64,000 bases of DNA, taken from positions 43,630 to 107,629 of the forward strand of contig JAQGDQ010000722.1 of the NCBI GenBank assembly GCA_030141605.1, in the 5' to 3' direction. The translations under genes were made by a program, and so were the position numbers. The notes beneath the pieces are model-generated. The model saw only the letters and a program-made list of their open reading frames with translations. It was not told the DNA's origin and ran no database searches. The DNA comes from Tubiluchus corallicola (Eukaryota; Animalia; Priapulida). Shown one piece after another: positions 41,900-55,227 of this stretch. Each line of letters opens with the position of its first letter. Within the stretch, counting starts at the first letter, position 1.

Positions 41900-42700
41900 A
41901 ATTGTTCAAAAACACTTGCTGCTCTTTGGTTGCAATCCTATCTGTGAGTGTTTTCTCAGTTACCACAATCACGCCAAAACGGTGTAGGCTGGCCATAAAA
42001 CGTTCGCTAAGATTATTTCTTTGGTCAGCCTATTATAAACATGCGTTGCCATAAAAATTATGTCATCAATGTGTATTGATTTACGTGACAGAAATAAGTT
42101 TAGAAGACAAAATCCATAATAGCATTTTGATTAAAAGTGGAAAAAAATCGATTAACTCTTGACTCTATTTCTATAGCATTCGAAAAACAAATGCATGTCC
42201 TTCTCAGCGTGTCGCACGCGACACAGCGTGCAACCTAAATATTTATATCTAAGAAAACTGATACTGTCTTTGTTTGTAAAGAATCTATACTTCATTAAAT
42301 GCAATGAAAGGGCTAGTTGATTAATACCTTCTCTCAATATTAAAAACTGTGTTCTCTGTGGCGTTTGTGTAGGGGTTGATTAACACAGGTATTATATAGG
42401 CGTTCGCAGTCTGTAAGACTTTCTCTTATTCGGAGGCTAATAAATGAGAACCTTTGTTATTGTGTTGTGTTTAATGATTTCATAGATGGGACGCCCGTTG
42501 CGCTTTTGCTTAAACTTCGTCCTTTCAATTCAGAAAAAAGTAAAAATTTGCGAACACTACTGGAACATTTTCAGTGTAAATACCATTATGAATAATACTT
42601 CAATAAACCCGCGTGTTTGGTCGAAGAACCAGCAGTACCGTTTTTAAGTCTTTGATATAACTCTGTCGGGAAGCGAACACGCTACCATTGAGCTGTTATT
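41900..42700 (-). mobile_element. Decayed non-LTR retrotransposon ORF2 C-terminus (L1/Tx1-like)
   Basis: CTLCRVRHAEKDMHLFFEC is the C-x2-C...H-x4-C zinc knuckle found after the RT domain. The frame is disrupted and the boundaries are approximate. Confidence 0.6.
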
Positions 42701-43714
42701 AGCCTACTAAGCCTTGCCCTGGCACCCTGTAGTGAAGCCCTGCTGTTGTGCATAAGCTTCTTTATGTTATTTGCAACTACAATAGTCTATAGATTAATTT
42801 ACATATATAGTATTAGCTGGTAGTAAGAAATTAAAAGTGGTTGAAGACCGCTCGACTGCCTTTTCGTATTACTAAAACTTCGTCTGACTATAATGACCTT
42901 CCGTATTACAATTTTCGACTTAAAAAGACGTGCAAAATACTCATTCGAGATTTCTAAAATTGAAAATCGTGCATAGCTGTGACGTCATGGCTAGTCATGG
43001 CTGTCCCCAAAATTGTTAAATGTTAATTTATTATTTTTACAGTAAATTACTAAAACTGTTATTTGTCTTTGTTTCTGCCTATGTATCAATTGTTTAATAA
43101 TTAAAATGAACTCTTGTAATTTCATTTGATTTAGTTTTCCAAACTAATATTTAATTGTCACAAACATTTCAATAATTATTATAGAAGTAAAATATATAAT
43201 ATACTTTGAACAAATGATATATCAAAAATTCTACTTTGCGTTTCTGTAAATTTTAGTCATTTAAATTTACTAGCTTTGCTGTGCACTGTATAATTTATAG
43301 CCACTTATTATTAAGTAAGTGAGCAACGTTTTGGCGCCTTAATGGTGATTTCTTCACCAACAAAAAGAGTAAGCACCCATAGTGTCATAATTTGTGAGGA
43401 GCTTTATGGGCTGTCAAGCAAATTCGTTGGCCTCTTATAACTCACGAGTACCAAGTCACAAATAGCATGACAGCATTAGTTCAGAGCACTGAATACAGAA
43501 TTTGAATACACTTCGAAACAAATGTTTAGCACCTGAGTATTTTGGCTTGTATTTTTTCTAACAAAGTCAACGTAAAAGAAAGTCCAGTGTAGAAAAAATA
43601 AACTTAATTTATAGGTTGATGAATCACTTATATGGCTTTTGGTTAGTTCTTTTGTTACTAAGGCATTGACAGGGACGATTTTGTACTCAAGCGGTACTCG
43701 TGTGAGTCATACTT

Positions 43715-45050
43715 GACTTTTTAAGAAACTCCATGCTCTTGGGCTTCCTGTATCAATGTTGGATATGTTGAAGTATTGAAACACTTCACAGGATGTATGT
43801 GTCCGCTGGAGCAAGACTTACTCTGATTGTTTTTCTGTGTCAAATGACCTGAAACAAGGCGGAATTCTTTTTCCTTTACTTTTCGCAGTCTATATTGATA
43901 ACCTCTCTTTATATTAACAATATATCTATAACACTAACACATTGTAATATAACACAGTATGCTGACGACACAGCTATATATTTAGGCTACGAAAATCTAG
44001 CAACAGCTCAACGACTTTTAGAACAGGGCATCGCAAACATTAACATAGCATTTACCCATTTAAAACTTAAATTAAATAGCATAAAAACAGATTTCATGGT
44101 TCTTTCCCCCTCCTCAAATGACAATATAAGTAATACTTCAATAAAAGTTGAAAATAGCATAATAAAACAGAAAAACAATGTAAGTTTTCTTGGTATCTGT
44201 GTAGATAACAAACTTTCTTGGAATAACCATTTTAATAAAATTTACGAAAAAATGGCATGCGGAACGTCCTACTTACGGCAGGTAAAAGGTCAACTAACTA
44301 AACACACAAAGTTATTAATTTTTAAAACTCTCATTCTACCGCACTTTTTATACGGATGCACACTTTTTCATGAATTTTCAAGAGACAGCTATAACAAAGT
44401 AAATAGTGTTCAAAATTATGCATTAAGATTAGACTCTGGTTATTCAAATTAGACGTCCCCCATAACAAATCAAACCTCAGCAACAGAATTAGGAACAATG
44501 TTTAAAATCCCAATTTTACAAGCACATAAAGACTTCTACACAATCCGGTTTTATATAAATACATCAACAATATTAACACGCCCTTCATCAAAAATAAGCT
44601 TCCACTCCTCTTGGAGCCAACATTAAATCCAAGAACATACAATATTAAACAAATACGCACTAATAACAAATACGGCAACAATTCGAACACCCTGCCATCA
44701 AATTTAAAACAAATCAAGTCTTTCGATGAATTCAAATCAAAAATAAAAATACATACATTAAATCGTTTTGAAAACCCAACATATGTAAACGATAATATAT
44801 ATTCATCCACAAATTTTATTTACCCACGTCCATTTTAAATTATATGTATATATTGTATATAGTCTATTATAATTTGCGTGTAACATTATAATGTATATTT
44901 TGTTTTCATGTAAATTTTTGGCACAGTAGTTTTTAGTTTGCACTGGACGCATTTGCCTTTAACAGTTGTGTGAATTTTATTCTCATGCTGCGAAGTTCTT
45001 TTATGCTTTTATAGTTATAAATATCGATTTTTTTATGGAAAATAAAGATT
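43715..45050 (+). mobile_element. 5'-truncated LINE reverse transcriptase remnant (CR1/L2/Jockey-group-like), probably chimeric
   Basis: QGGILFPLLFAVYIDN, YADDTAIY, LKLNSIKT, FLGICVDNKLSWNNH, IFKTLILPHFLYGC and NTLPSNLKQIKSFDEFKSKIK, with stops and frameshifts. AATAAA near 45041. Confidence 0.88.
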
Positions 45051-45411
45051 ATATTCCATAATGAAGATTAGTAAACGTACTAAACTTTCACACCATAAAA
45101 ATAGAAAATTTTGATTCTATGACAATCGTAAATGCGTATCTGTTAATAGTTTATTGCCACCATTTTAAGAGCAGTAAGTAAAGATTATGCATAATGTTCG
45201 CGTATTATTGACGTAATTTTAAGAGCAGAAAGTAAAAACTGGATTTATCGGCGCTTGTCTTTTTACGAAGTTTCAACGTTGTTCAAAATGTTTTTCTTGT
45301 TGCTGTTGCTGCATGGTACGGGTGGTGTCGTATGGATAGGTGTGAAACGTTTTTAAATATTTTCAATATGGTTTCTGCTTTAATATGGTAAATAGTGTTC
45401 TAAACGACTTA

Positions 45412-45613
45412 AGTGGCATTTATGTAGCATCCGGATGCGTATGCGTTTCCACGTGCGTAATAGCTGCGGAAAAAATCAATAGGAATAGATGCAGAAAAAG
45501 AATAACGCATACACAGGCTGCATAAATGGGTGCATTGAAAACAACATAAACCGATTTTATCTATTGCACAACCATAGAACGCATACGCAACCAGATGCTG
45601 CGTAAACGCCACT
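45412..45613. mobile_element. Tourist/PIF-Harbinger-type MITE
   Basis: ~37-bp TIRs AGTGGCATTTATGTAGCATCCGGATGCGTATGCGTTT ... GAACGCATACGCAACCAGATGCTGCGTAAACGCCACT, flanked by a TTA target-site duplication (45409-45411, 45614-45616). Confidence 0.8.
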
Positions 45614-47881
45614 TTATCCAGGCTGGTGAGCAAAAATAAATAAATAAGCGCGTAACTGAATGCTTCGCATTCAAGACTACTTTGACAAAAATCGTCTACG
45701 TATCACAGATGTAGGTGTGCATGCCAACCGATATGGTGAATCGACCGAGAAAGATTTTAGAAAGTGATTTTTCTCTATTGATTTCTCTCAAAATCTGAAT
45801 TGATTTTGCAATCGTCAATAACTGTTTACATAATAATCAAAATGATACAATTTAGAAGACACCTGTTTTGTGACATGTATTTTATAACATTTTAGTAATG
45901 ATTTTTTGAAATTTTCTGGCTTAAATCGTATATCAGTGCAACATTACAAATTTCTAGCTGCTTTTTTTGCTGGTAACAATTGTGACTCACTGAACGCTAT
46001 GAAAAAGTGACAAGTTTACAATTTATATTCGAAACAAGACACACTTAAGATTTTTGTTAAGGACAATGGACAAACACAAGCGTTGGTGTTAATGGGTTTA
46101 TAGGTACACATTGTCTTACTCATTAACTTATGATGTCCACGAAAAGTTAAATTGACAAAAATAGTATGTGTGTCGTAGTTACCTAACTTTTGTTGAAAAG
46201 TTATATCAAAAATATATCAAAAGTGTCGATAAAAAATATATCAAAAATAATTGGAATTAAGCTGTTTTTAGAAAGCAATGAGAACGTGATTTGTCAGCTG
46301 AAGACATCAGGTAAAAAACCCTACGTCAACTTCCAAAAAAATCGCAATGCAACGAAAATCTGCTGTTAAAAATTTTCGATTATCTTTGACAGTTAAATCA
46401 ACTTTGGTCGTAAACGTGTCTTCGCTTTGCACGTGGAATTTTGACACCATGGTCTCATGTGCAGGAATAGCTCAAATTATACTATGTACATGAGTAAACT
46501 AATTTGTTTAGTAAAATCAGCAAATTTGTATTAAGTAGACAAATATAGGTACAATATAATATTAAGTAATGGATCGTTTTTAACAATTAGTAAGTCCTTA
46601 GCAAACATAAACTGTAGATGAGGAAAATTAAAAAAATCAATAGAAATATAAAATTGTTTGACGAAGAACAACCCATAAGCTACAACATCAATATACATTT
46701 TTTAAAATTAGTTCGATTCAGGCAGATCTACATACTTCTCACAAAGCATTAAACGCCCCAAAGAAAAGCATATAAACGCCCTAAATAACAGTTTCTAGCA
46801 CTTAAGTAAACATAAAAATTTTAAAAAATGAATTACGTACCCGAAAACAAGCAAATTTTCTGCATTTTCGTTTGCCTAGTTACTTGAGGATCAACAACAT
46901 TAGACTAACCACTATTTTGTCTCTTTGTCTTTCGTGCGTCTCGCTTTTGGATGCGAATTGATTCTTCCTAAGCACGAATAAGTTTCAAGAAATTTAATTC
47001 ATATTTTGCATGCCTAGGCGCACAAGAGGTGATGTCCGATTCTTTCGACTTCACTTGTCAAGTCGATTCAAAATTACTTAGCACACATCTGCCGAAATCG
47101 AAGAATAAATACATCAATACCATCGTCTGAATGGGTTACATCGGGGAAAGTTTTTGATTGGTCGACGATACTGCGCATGCGCAGTCAGTATTTATTCAAA
47201 AATTGATTGATTATAACCTGCTATACTGCTCATTATCGGTATGATGCTATAGCTATATACTTGCCATACTTTATTGTGAAACGCATTGTAGTCACGACTT
47301 TTAACTGGTGAAAACAAGGTCATTCTGTCAGAATCAGAACTTGTCTCGCTGTTAGGACAAAGATAAGACACTGGACCGCTAGAGGTGTCTTAGCCATGTT
47401 CAGATATGCATACATCATTTCTCGGAGAGGCAAATAGACTAAAGCAATATAGCAGAGGAAACCGCTCGGACGCGATTTTCCTGGCAGTCAGCCATCCAAC
47501 CATTTACCAGTCACCCACAGTGTTGCTTAACTTTGTTTGTCAAGCACCCATCTTCAGCTGCTTAGTTATTTCCACAGTGACTAACATATAATTTATAAAG
47601 GATGCATGTGCCCTCACAGTAAACGTTAAGTATTCAAATATTTTGCAGTCGCGGAATAAAGCTTTCTCAAAAAATTAAGCCAATAAAACCGTTAAATAGA
47701 ATGAACTAGAGCTAAATGTTAGAAATTAGACTGTAGTTCTGCATAAGCTAATTCTCAAACTACCAATGAAGAACTTTTGTTATGCATACGTAATCATTTT
47801 TAGAGAGCACGTTAATAATACAATCACAAGCGCAACCCATTAAAATCATACTAGGTGCAAAATAGTTATAGGTGCGCTTAC

Positions 47882-48013
47882 ACGGTCGCGTTCCAATTTA
47901 CGTAAAATCTGATGTAATCGTTTCGTCTTATTCGAGTCCAGTGCAGAAGTCAACTTGGAAATTTTATTTATTGCAACAGCGAGTGCAAGGCCATAGAATG
48001 CTGTAACGAACAT
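47882..48013 (-). CDS. Candidate first coding exon of an unknown secreted prepropeptide (MFVTAFYGLALAVAINKISKLTSA-LDSNKT-KR-LHQILRKLERDR)
   Basis: Acceptor CACATTTCAG immediately before aATG, hydrophobic N-terminus, a KR site, and a phase-0 donor CGT|GTAAGC. Confidence 0.35.
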
Positions 48014-50885
48014 TCTGAAATGTGGCAAGACTATAAAACTTTTGAATGCTAGACCTTCTCATCTTATGATGCCCAAGAGAACTCCATTTCTTGATTTCGA
48101 TGATCTGCACTCCCCCCCCCCCCCACATATTTTCCTTTCTAAAGTTATAATAGCAGGTGGTGGAACTGACTGAATTAGAAACGACACTAACACAACTCTT
48201 GCCATTTCATATTATTTGACAGGTTGAAATTGTTCGTAGACGTTCGACTCCGATCAAATAAAATTTTCCGGTCCCTTGTATGACCAGTAAAAACAATTAT
48301 TGTTGGATTTGCACCTAGACAAAACTAAAAAAAGTTGTACATCTTGATTTGTGTCGATCAAAAGATTCGACTTCAGTTAAAAACAAACTTACTATTCATA
48401 TCGTTGACGAAATGCCAACAGGATTTTCGTAAGATAGCGATTCGAGCTGAAATTGTTGAAGTGCGATTGAGTTGTTTACAATGTTCTTCTCAGTAGCACC
48501 GTTTTAAATTGGCTATGCTAACGGGGTGTTGTGGAATATACGCGATAGCATTGAAGAAATTTGTTGCTTTAGCTTGGACACGCTCATTTTGAACGAAAAT
48601 GACGTCATCCGGTTACTTATCCCGGCAGATGCCTGAGGGAACCTTTTGCAGCTACAGATACTATTATCAACTACAAACAACCCAAAAATTAATACTAATT
48701 GTTTGTTTTTTGATGAGTCTCGTTGCCCAATATGTAGTAAAAGCCTGTTACTGACGATAATATAATAATCTCCAACTCGGCTAGTTAACGCCGACAAAGT
48801 AACAGAATAAATCTTTTAACAAGCTAAAACTGAACTCTATAAGCTAATTGGACTGCCCAGCATCGTCTGTATGTTCGCAGCCTCACAGAATTTCATGCGT
48901 ATCTGTAATTATATTGTGAAGTACTTATGGATTTTTAGGTGTAATCTTGTGCATAAAAAGCTATGTAAGCACTTTAAAGGTATTGTAAATTGGTCCGACG
49001 ACTAATTTTTCATAAACACGGTTAAAACAGATTTAGTCAGCTGGAATAGCAGAATTTCTGAGTGAATTGCAGAAGCTGTGTTAGGCGTGCCTTGGTGTTC
49101 TCACCACCTTGCGTCATTTTTTTCAAATATGTCTGTTCGTTTGGCAGGAGATGCGAATGATTTAAATTTCTTTTGCATTTTAAGCAAGTCATGTATGCAT
49201 GCATATAACGTGCTAATTTTAATATTTGAAGTGAATATTAAAATACAGCGAATGTTGCTTGAAGCTTGTTTTTCTTTTAACAAACTTTCCAAGAAATGAT
49301 GGATGATATGTGAGTGTACTGGTGGTTAATATGGAAGCCCGATATTAAACAAACTGAGCTCATGGTCTACACATGCATGCAGAACAGTTGTTTATATCCC
49401 AATTTTTTCGTCGGACTTTTTATCTTTGCAATTCTTTACCAAAAAGTTGTTTTCTTAAGAACCACCACTACACGAACTGAACAAGGCCATCAACAGATAC
49501 ATTTTGTCACCAGCAAATTAGCTATACATTTCTTTGGACAAATATTCAACGCTTTAACTAATTGGATATATATGTATTATATATTATATTCATAATATTC
49601 GTACCTTCATCTTTCTGCTGTAGCCGCTTACCATTGACCATGTGACCAATGGTACCAAGTGACCATTTCCCTTACCTGGAGCGATGTGTATAAAACGGCC
49701 AAGTTCACAAGCGTAGGCATGTCGAACTTTTTAAGCTATCGAGACTTGAAAATTCATTATTAATTAACCAATTAAGGAACAACATGATATTGGTTTTAAC
49801 TTTATGAACGACCTGAGAACTACAAGTTGATATTGGCCTCCAGGGAGGTGTCCAAACGTGTTTGGGTTTCATTAATTAAACACAACCTCTTACACTCGCA
49901 GCTAATCATTTTGACTGATGGTGTAAATTAAGTTTTGAAAGATTTGGCTACTTATTGCGTTTCACACGTTGAGGTCAGACTGAATATACAGTAAAACAAT
50001 TACTGCGGGAGCTGACTGAGGTTTATATGACACCTCGCGTTCAAACAGTTTGAGTGCTGGAATACATTAATAGTCTGTTGAAGATCACTTTTGGTCACTC
50101 TTAAGTTTTTTATTGGAGCTGTTTGAAATGGTTTAAAGCAAAAGATTAATGAATTTGCACATGTAGCTAAAAAACTCACGTTTAACATTTCTTCTGTTGC
50201 ATGTTAAACAAATCTTCCTCCTGTTTTCGGCTGTACTTGATCTACTTGATATACTTCGGCCATCTTTAATCTACTTTTGATCTACCATTTTGAAATACCA
50301 TTCGCGAAAAACATTAAAATATTTTCTTAAGTTTTTGAAGCCAAAACTGGTTGAAATGAAGAAATGTGAAAAGTCGTGACAAACCTGATTTGAACATGGT
50401 ATATTTGGATAAACATAAAAAAAGACAACTTGCTGTCTGTTTCCACCTGTATCCACCTGTCTGTTTCTTGTCTCTGAATGATTGCGGTACGATTTGCACT
50501 GTCCATGCTTTTTCAATTCAAATTCTGCATCTTCATTTCGAAAACTATAGTCGTTTCCCTCTTATTGCTGCCTGCTTCACTCCCCGTCTTTTTCATCATT
50601 TCACTGTCACGTTATTTTTTGCCCATAATAATGTTTTTTGTGCCAGTAAATAATTAATAAGCTATTAGATATCTGGCTGACCGACTGTTAGACATTTGGA
50701 TTTAATTCGTAGCCGTCTGACTGTACCGTCTTAACAAGTACTTTCAAGAGTGATACCACATTCGAACCAGCAACCCTTAACAAAACTAACAAAACGCAAG
50801 TGCAACAATCTTTAAGACAGCAATATCCTGACCTGCATGACAGTTAGTCTTGAAATGCAGTTTTGTTTTTCCGCGGATCGCTAAC

Positions 50886-51160
50886 CTGTGGAATTCTTTA
50901 TCTTTATCCCTGCTAACTACAACCTATTCCGCTTTCAGAAGAATGTTAACAGATACCGCCTATCACTAGGACATACGTTGCAAGGATGGACTCTTATTCT
51001 GGACATGCATTCATATTTCCACCATTCCACTGTAACTCTGTTTTCAAGTTTCACTGAATTTGTAAAAAAGACGTACAGAAAGATTTCTCGTGCATAGGAT
51101 GGAGACTTATAAGGGTTAAGATAAAAAACTTTATGACGCCAATGAGTTCGAATGACGTCA
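50886..51160 (-). promoter_or_regulatory. Candidate CRE+TATA promoter and non-coding first exon
   Basis: TGACGTCA at 51153-51160, TGACGCCA near 51134, TATAAG near 51111-51106, donor CAG|GTTAG at 50886/50885. Confidence 0.3.
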
Positions 51161-51515
51161 GCAGTTGAAGGCTCGGTGTGGCAGGTGGTTTGCCTCGCAC
51201 TAATACAAACGTGTTTTCTTTCAATCAATTTCTTGGCACTTTGCCAAATATATTTTCAGTAGATTCTTTTGTCTACACGCATTTAATTAAATCAGTCGAG
51301 CTTTGTATTTATGCAAGACGGAAGATTCTTTCCCAAATATTCCTCCAGAGAGCGTAAGCGATTGTTTCAGACTGCTCGCCAGTTTGTATAAAGGTTCAAA
51401 GAGAGACAGACACACAGAGGCAGAGAGAAAGGGAAGCACAGAGAGAAGAAAGAGAGTGAAAATGAAAGATAATAGAGGAGAAGGAAAGACAGAGGAAAGC
51501 GAGAGATAGAAAGAG

Positions 51516-51615
<100 letters not shown>

Positions 51616-51834
51616 GCAGGTTTACGTGGATTCAAACGACCTCTTTAACATCTTAGAATAAGCTACTCTTCATGAACATGCAGGGCTTTAGCACATAAGG
51701 TGGTGCTTAACCTTTTGCTAGAAAGTACAAAAACAACGAATCAGCGTAAAACAATTTATAACAAACTATTGATAAAATATTGACGAATTTATCATTATTT
51801 ATCATACTCAAAATTTAGTATGTAACCCTCGGTG

Positions 51835-52765
51835 TGCAAACATTTCGACACAGGCATTTGGACCCAGGATTCTTCGTCATAAAACTTTTGGTCACAGGTA
51901 ATTAGAACACAGGTTCTGCTGTATGACTTTGATCCTTATACTCGCACTACTATTTGGGAGTGAGAGCTTTTATTTAACCGATATCGAAATGAGATGAGTT
52001 GTTTATTGTAGTGATTACGGGATTGATCAGTTCTCAAAACAGTGCCAAGCAAATTGTTTTTAGTGTTCTCGCAGATCAGCATGCGGTAACGGTAACGAAT
52101 TTATTCGTACCTCTGTCGACTGTTATTAGTCAAGCAAAATTCTTCATCACGTGCAGACGGTACCAACTAAAAAAATTTAGTTGCCCTTTTAATAATTTTT
52201 TAAGCTACACCTTCCAGAAAAACTATTCTTTCAGTGTTCATTGTTTTTCTTAATTAATACCTAAACACTTTAGGCTGTAGCGAACTGTTATTACGCCTAG
52301 AGTGTGATTTCTCAGTTTAATTAGCGTGAAAAAGTTGTCGAGAACTCGTGTCGTATCTATCGCAAACGCCGTACCGTACTAATCGCATCTATCGTAGTTA
52401 ATGCAATCCCCTCAGCCCCACATGAGGATATCAGCATACCCGATACAGACAATGAACGCCAAAAATCTATTGAATTTTGCAAAAAAGCCTTTTTAAATTT
52501 AGCCGTATCCACAACATTGACTTAGTGTCCTAATACGTTCAAATATCCTACGCATCCAAAACGCAGCTTAGTGAATAACTAGCCTGTGCGTCCAAATAAG
52601 CCATTTGTTAAACTACCTTATGTCCAAGTGACCTATGTGTCCAAACTATCTTGTGTTAAATGTCTTGAGACGAAAACAGCTAGTGTCTGAATGGCTTATG
52701 TGCCCAAGATGTCTGTTTCGGAAAAGCTTATGTCTAAAACCCCCGTGTCCAAAACCCTTATAACC
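51835..52765. mobile_element. Foldback-like non-autonomous element with inverted arrays of ~16-bp subrepeats
   Basis: The left arm repeats TTGGACACAGG-like units and the right arm repeats the reverse complement (CCTRTGTCCAA-like). Confidence 0.45.
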
Positions 52766-52949
52766 ATAAGCCGAGGGGTACTCGTACAGCCTACAGTAAT
52801 AAGGGTATGGTCAGAGAAACATCTCACAGGACTAAGACGTTTCTTATAGATGTCTCATTAAACTGTCTATTTATGGATTCTCTATTGTTTCACCGATACG
52901 ATAATTGTCACTCGTTGTTTCTGTACTACCTAGCAAAAGATTTAGATAT

Positions 52950-53640
52950 CGTTATTTATCGTTATTTATTCAAATCAAAAATGTGATAATATGTGGGGCG
53001 CAAAGCTTGTTTACAGTGAAAAGAAGAACATAGATGTCGTTATTGAAAGCGAAGCTGTAGAACAGTAACAAACGCAAAAACTTCTTGGTGTCAGAACTGA
53101 TCAAAAACTGCAACGGCACCAGAACTTACCAAGGGGAAGTTACGAGGTAGAATTACACAAAAATTTGGTGTGTTTAAAAGAGCTAGACCTTATATCAGCT
53201 TGCACCTGGCGAAAACTCATTTCAGTCGCACAGGGTGCAGTATGAGGACACAACAGGAATAAACAATATGTTAGTGTATATTACTCGCTTTCAAGAATAA
53301 GTGGCGAAAACTATTGTAGCAGAAGCAGACACCATAGATAAATCGCCTGCAAATGAATTAAAACAATGTAAAATCATCCCCATAGCAAATAATATTTATT
53401 TTCGAAAAACCATACTAAAGTAACAAACGGTATAACCTCAAATCCAATAAAAATTTCAAATAAAACGTGTAACTTAAATAAATACGAGACTAACAAATGG
53501 CGGTCAACTGCAGTTTCGTAAACCAACGACGGATTATACAAGGGCTTCGCTGATTTATTCTGGGCTGTTATGTACAACAATTTAGGCGAAGAATTAAGAT
53601 TCAACACCTATGTTGACAGACTGTAAGGTATATTAACTGT
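52950..53640 (+). mobile_element. Highly decayed LINE (CR1/L2-like) RT 3' remnant
   Basis: Broken frame with QKLLGVRTDQKL and FGVFKRARPYIS. Confidence 0.55.
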
Positions 53641-53899
53641 GCTTGATTTCATATTGATTATACCAAATAGTATTTTTATATTTTATGCTAGATTGTACAT
53701 CGTATGTATGAATATATATAATACCACATTCATACATAATGCATAATGCTATAATACTACGTATATAATACTATACGTGTATTAAACTGCCTGTCTTAGT
53801 TTTGTGTCATTTGTGTAAATGTGTATAATATTAATTTTATGCGTGTATAAAATTGTCCATTTTATAGCAAATAATTGTGCATATAGCTTAATAGGATGA

Positions 53900-54735
53900 T
53901 AGGTCCAATCCCGATTTTTCGGCCATTTTTGTTTGTCCTGAATTAGTATATGTAAGTAGTATTCCGAAAAAAAATCTCATGAATTGGCCGTGAAAATTTT
54001 TTTAGGGGTGTCTCATACAGATTATTGTTGGAAACCTTGTCATTACTGCCTTTCTGCACATTTAATACCGTTTAGCCGAGATTACCATATGTGAGTAATA
54101 ATATAAAATTAGCAAAGGCCCCGCAAAAAGTTTTGCGTATAAATACACTTATAATCAATAATACGCGAACATCCTACATAGTCCTCATTTATAACGCAAA
54201 GCTAGTAGCAGCTTTTACTGAATTAAAATTATAAGGTTATAAGTGTATAAGAGTATAATGGATGACGTCAGAACAATGGCTTTGCGTCAGCAGTTTTCCA
54301 AGCAAAAATGCCCGAAATGGAACCTCCAATGAGCTCATCACAGCTCCTCACGGTGGAGACGTCCTAAAATACAGCTTTTTTTCTACAGGCTGTCTGACCA
54401 AAATTTCGAAAAAATCAGAAGTTGGGTCCGGAAAAACGCCCGTTGCAGGGCGCCGTGGCCCTCTCGCGAATTTTAAATATGCCTACTACACCCACTGTTG
54501 AATGGGCTACCTGTTCTTAGCTGGCACCACTCCGGCCCATTCCCGTCCTCCAGAAACAAGAGGTATAAGTTTTGCAAAAAATGGCCGAAAAATTGCCATT
54601 TTTGAGGTTTTTCGCCCCTCGTGTGGGCCTGATTCGAAAAATAAACCCGCAATGGCACGACACTAGATCGAGACCTTTCATGTGGTGTACGGATCGCCGC
54701 AAATGGTGCCAACATTGGAGCTGTAGCCTCGAGTC
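53900..54735. mobile_element. GC-richer non-autonomous DNA-transposon-like insertion
   Basis: Inverted motif ATTTTTCGGCCATTTTT (~53914) versus AAAAATGGCCGAAAAAT (~54577), a compositional shift, and a (TA)n run at the end. Confidence 0.4.
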
Positions 54736-54746
54736 TTATATACATA

Positions 54747-54780
<34 letters not shown>

Positions 54781-55227
54781 TAATATATATGTACGTATAT
54801 TAAGCCCATACCTCCGAAATTAATATATACGATGTTATCATAACATCGTTGACATAGGTACTGTTTATCTTAGAAACTGTTAGATCGAAGTTAGATCGAA
54901 AGATACCTTGGACAACCTCGATTTTCAACGTTAAACAAACTGGCAACAAATTTTAACACACATGAGGGCGGTCATTGCTATAGTAAGAGTGTAGGGATTG
55001 CTTACCTTAGCAACTGTAGTAGAAATAATTAAATGCTCTATTTATCAAACTACTGATAGTTTCTTGCTCTTATCCGTCCCACACTTGTATAATCCGTCCC
55101 AAATAATAAGCGAAAATATTTCGATTATTATAAGAAGTAAATATAAGATGGGAGTATAAATGTATTTATCCAGCGACCTTAACTGGTGATAGGACTGGCT
55201 GCCACAAACTGACCAATTCTTTTTTCT

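Noticed and set aside
45409-45633. Cys-rich 74-aa minus-strand ORF
   Set aside because: It coincides with a MITE that has TIRs and a TTA target-site duplication.
49676-49720. MPTLVNLAVLYTSLQ|GTAAGG as first exon of the PRXamide gene
   Set aside because: Phase 0 is incompatible with the phase-1 acceptor at 40514, and the context looks transposon-derived.
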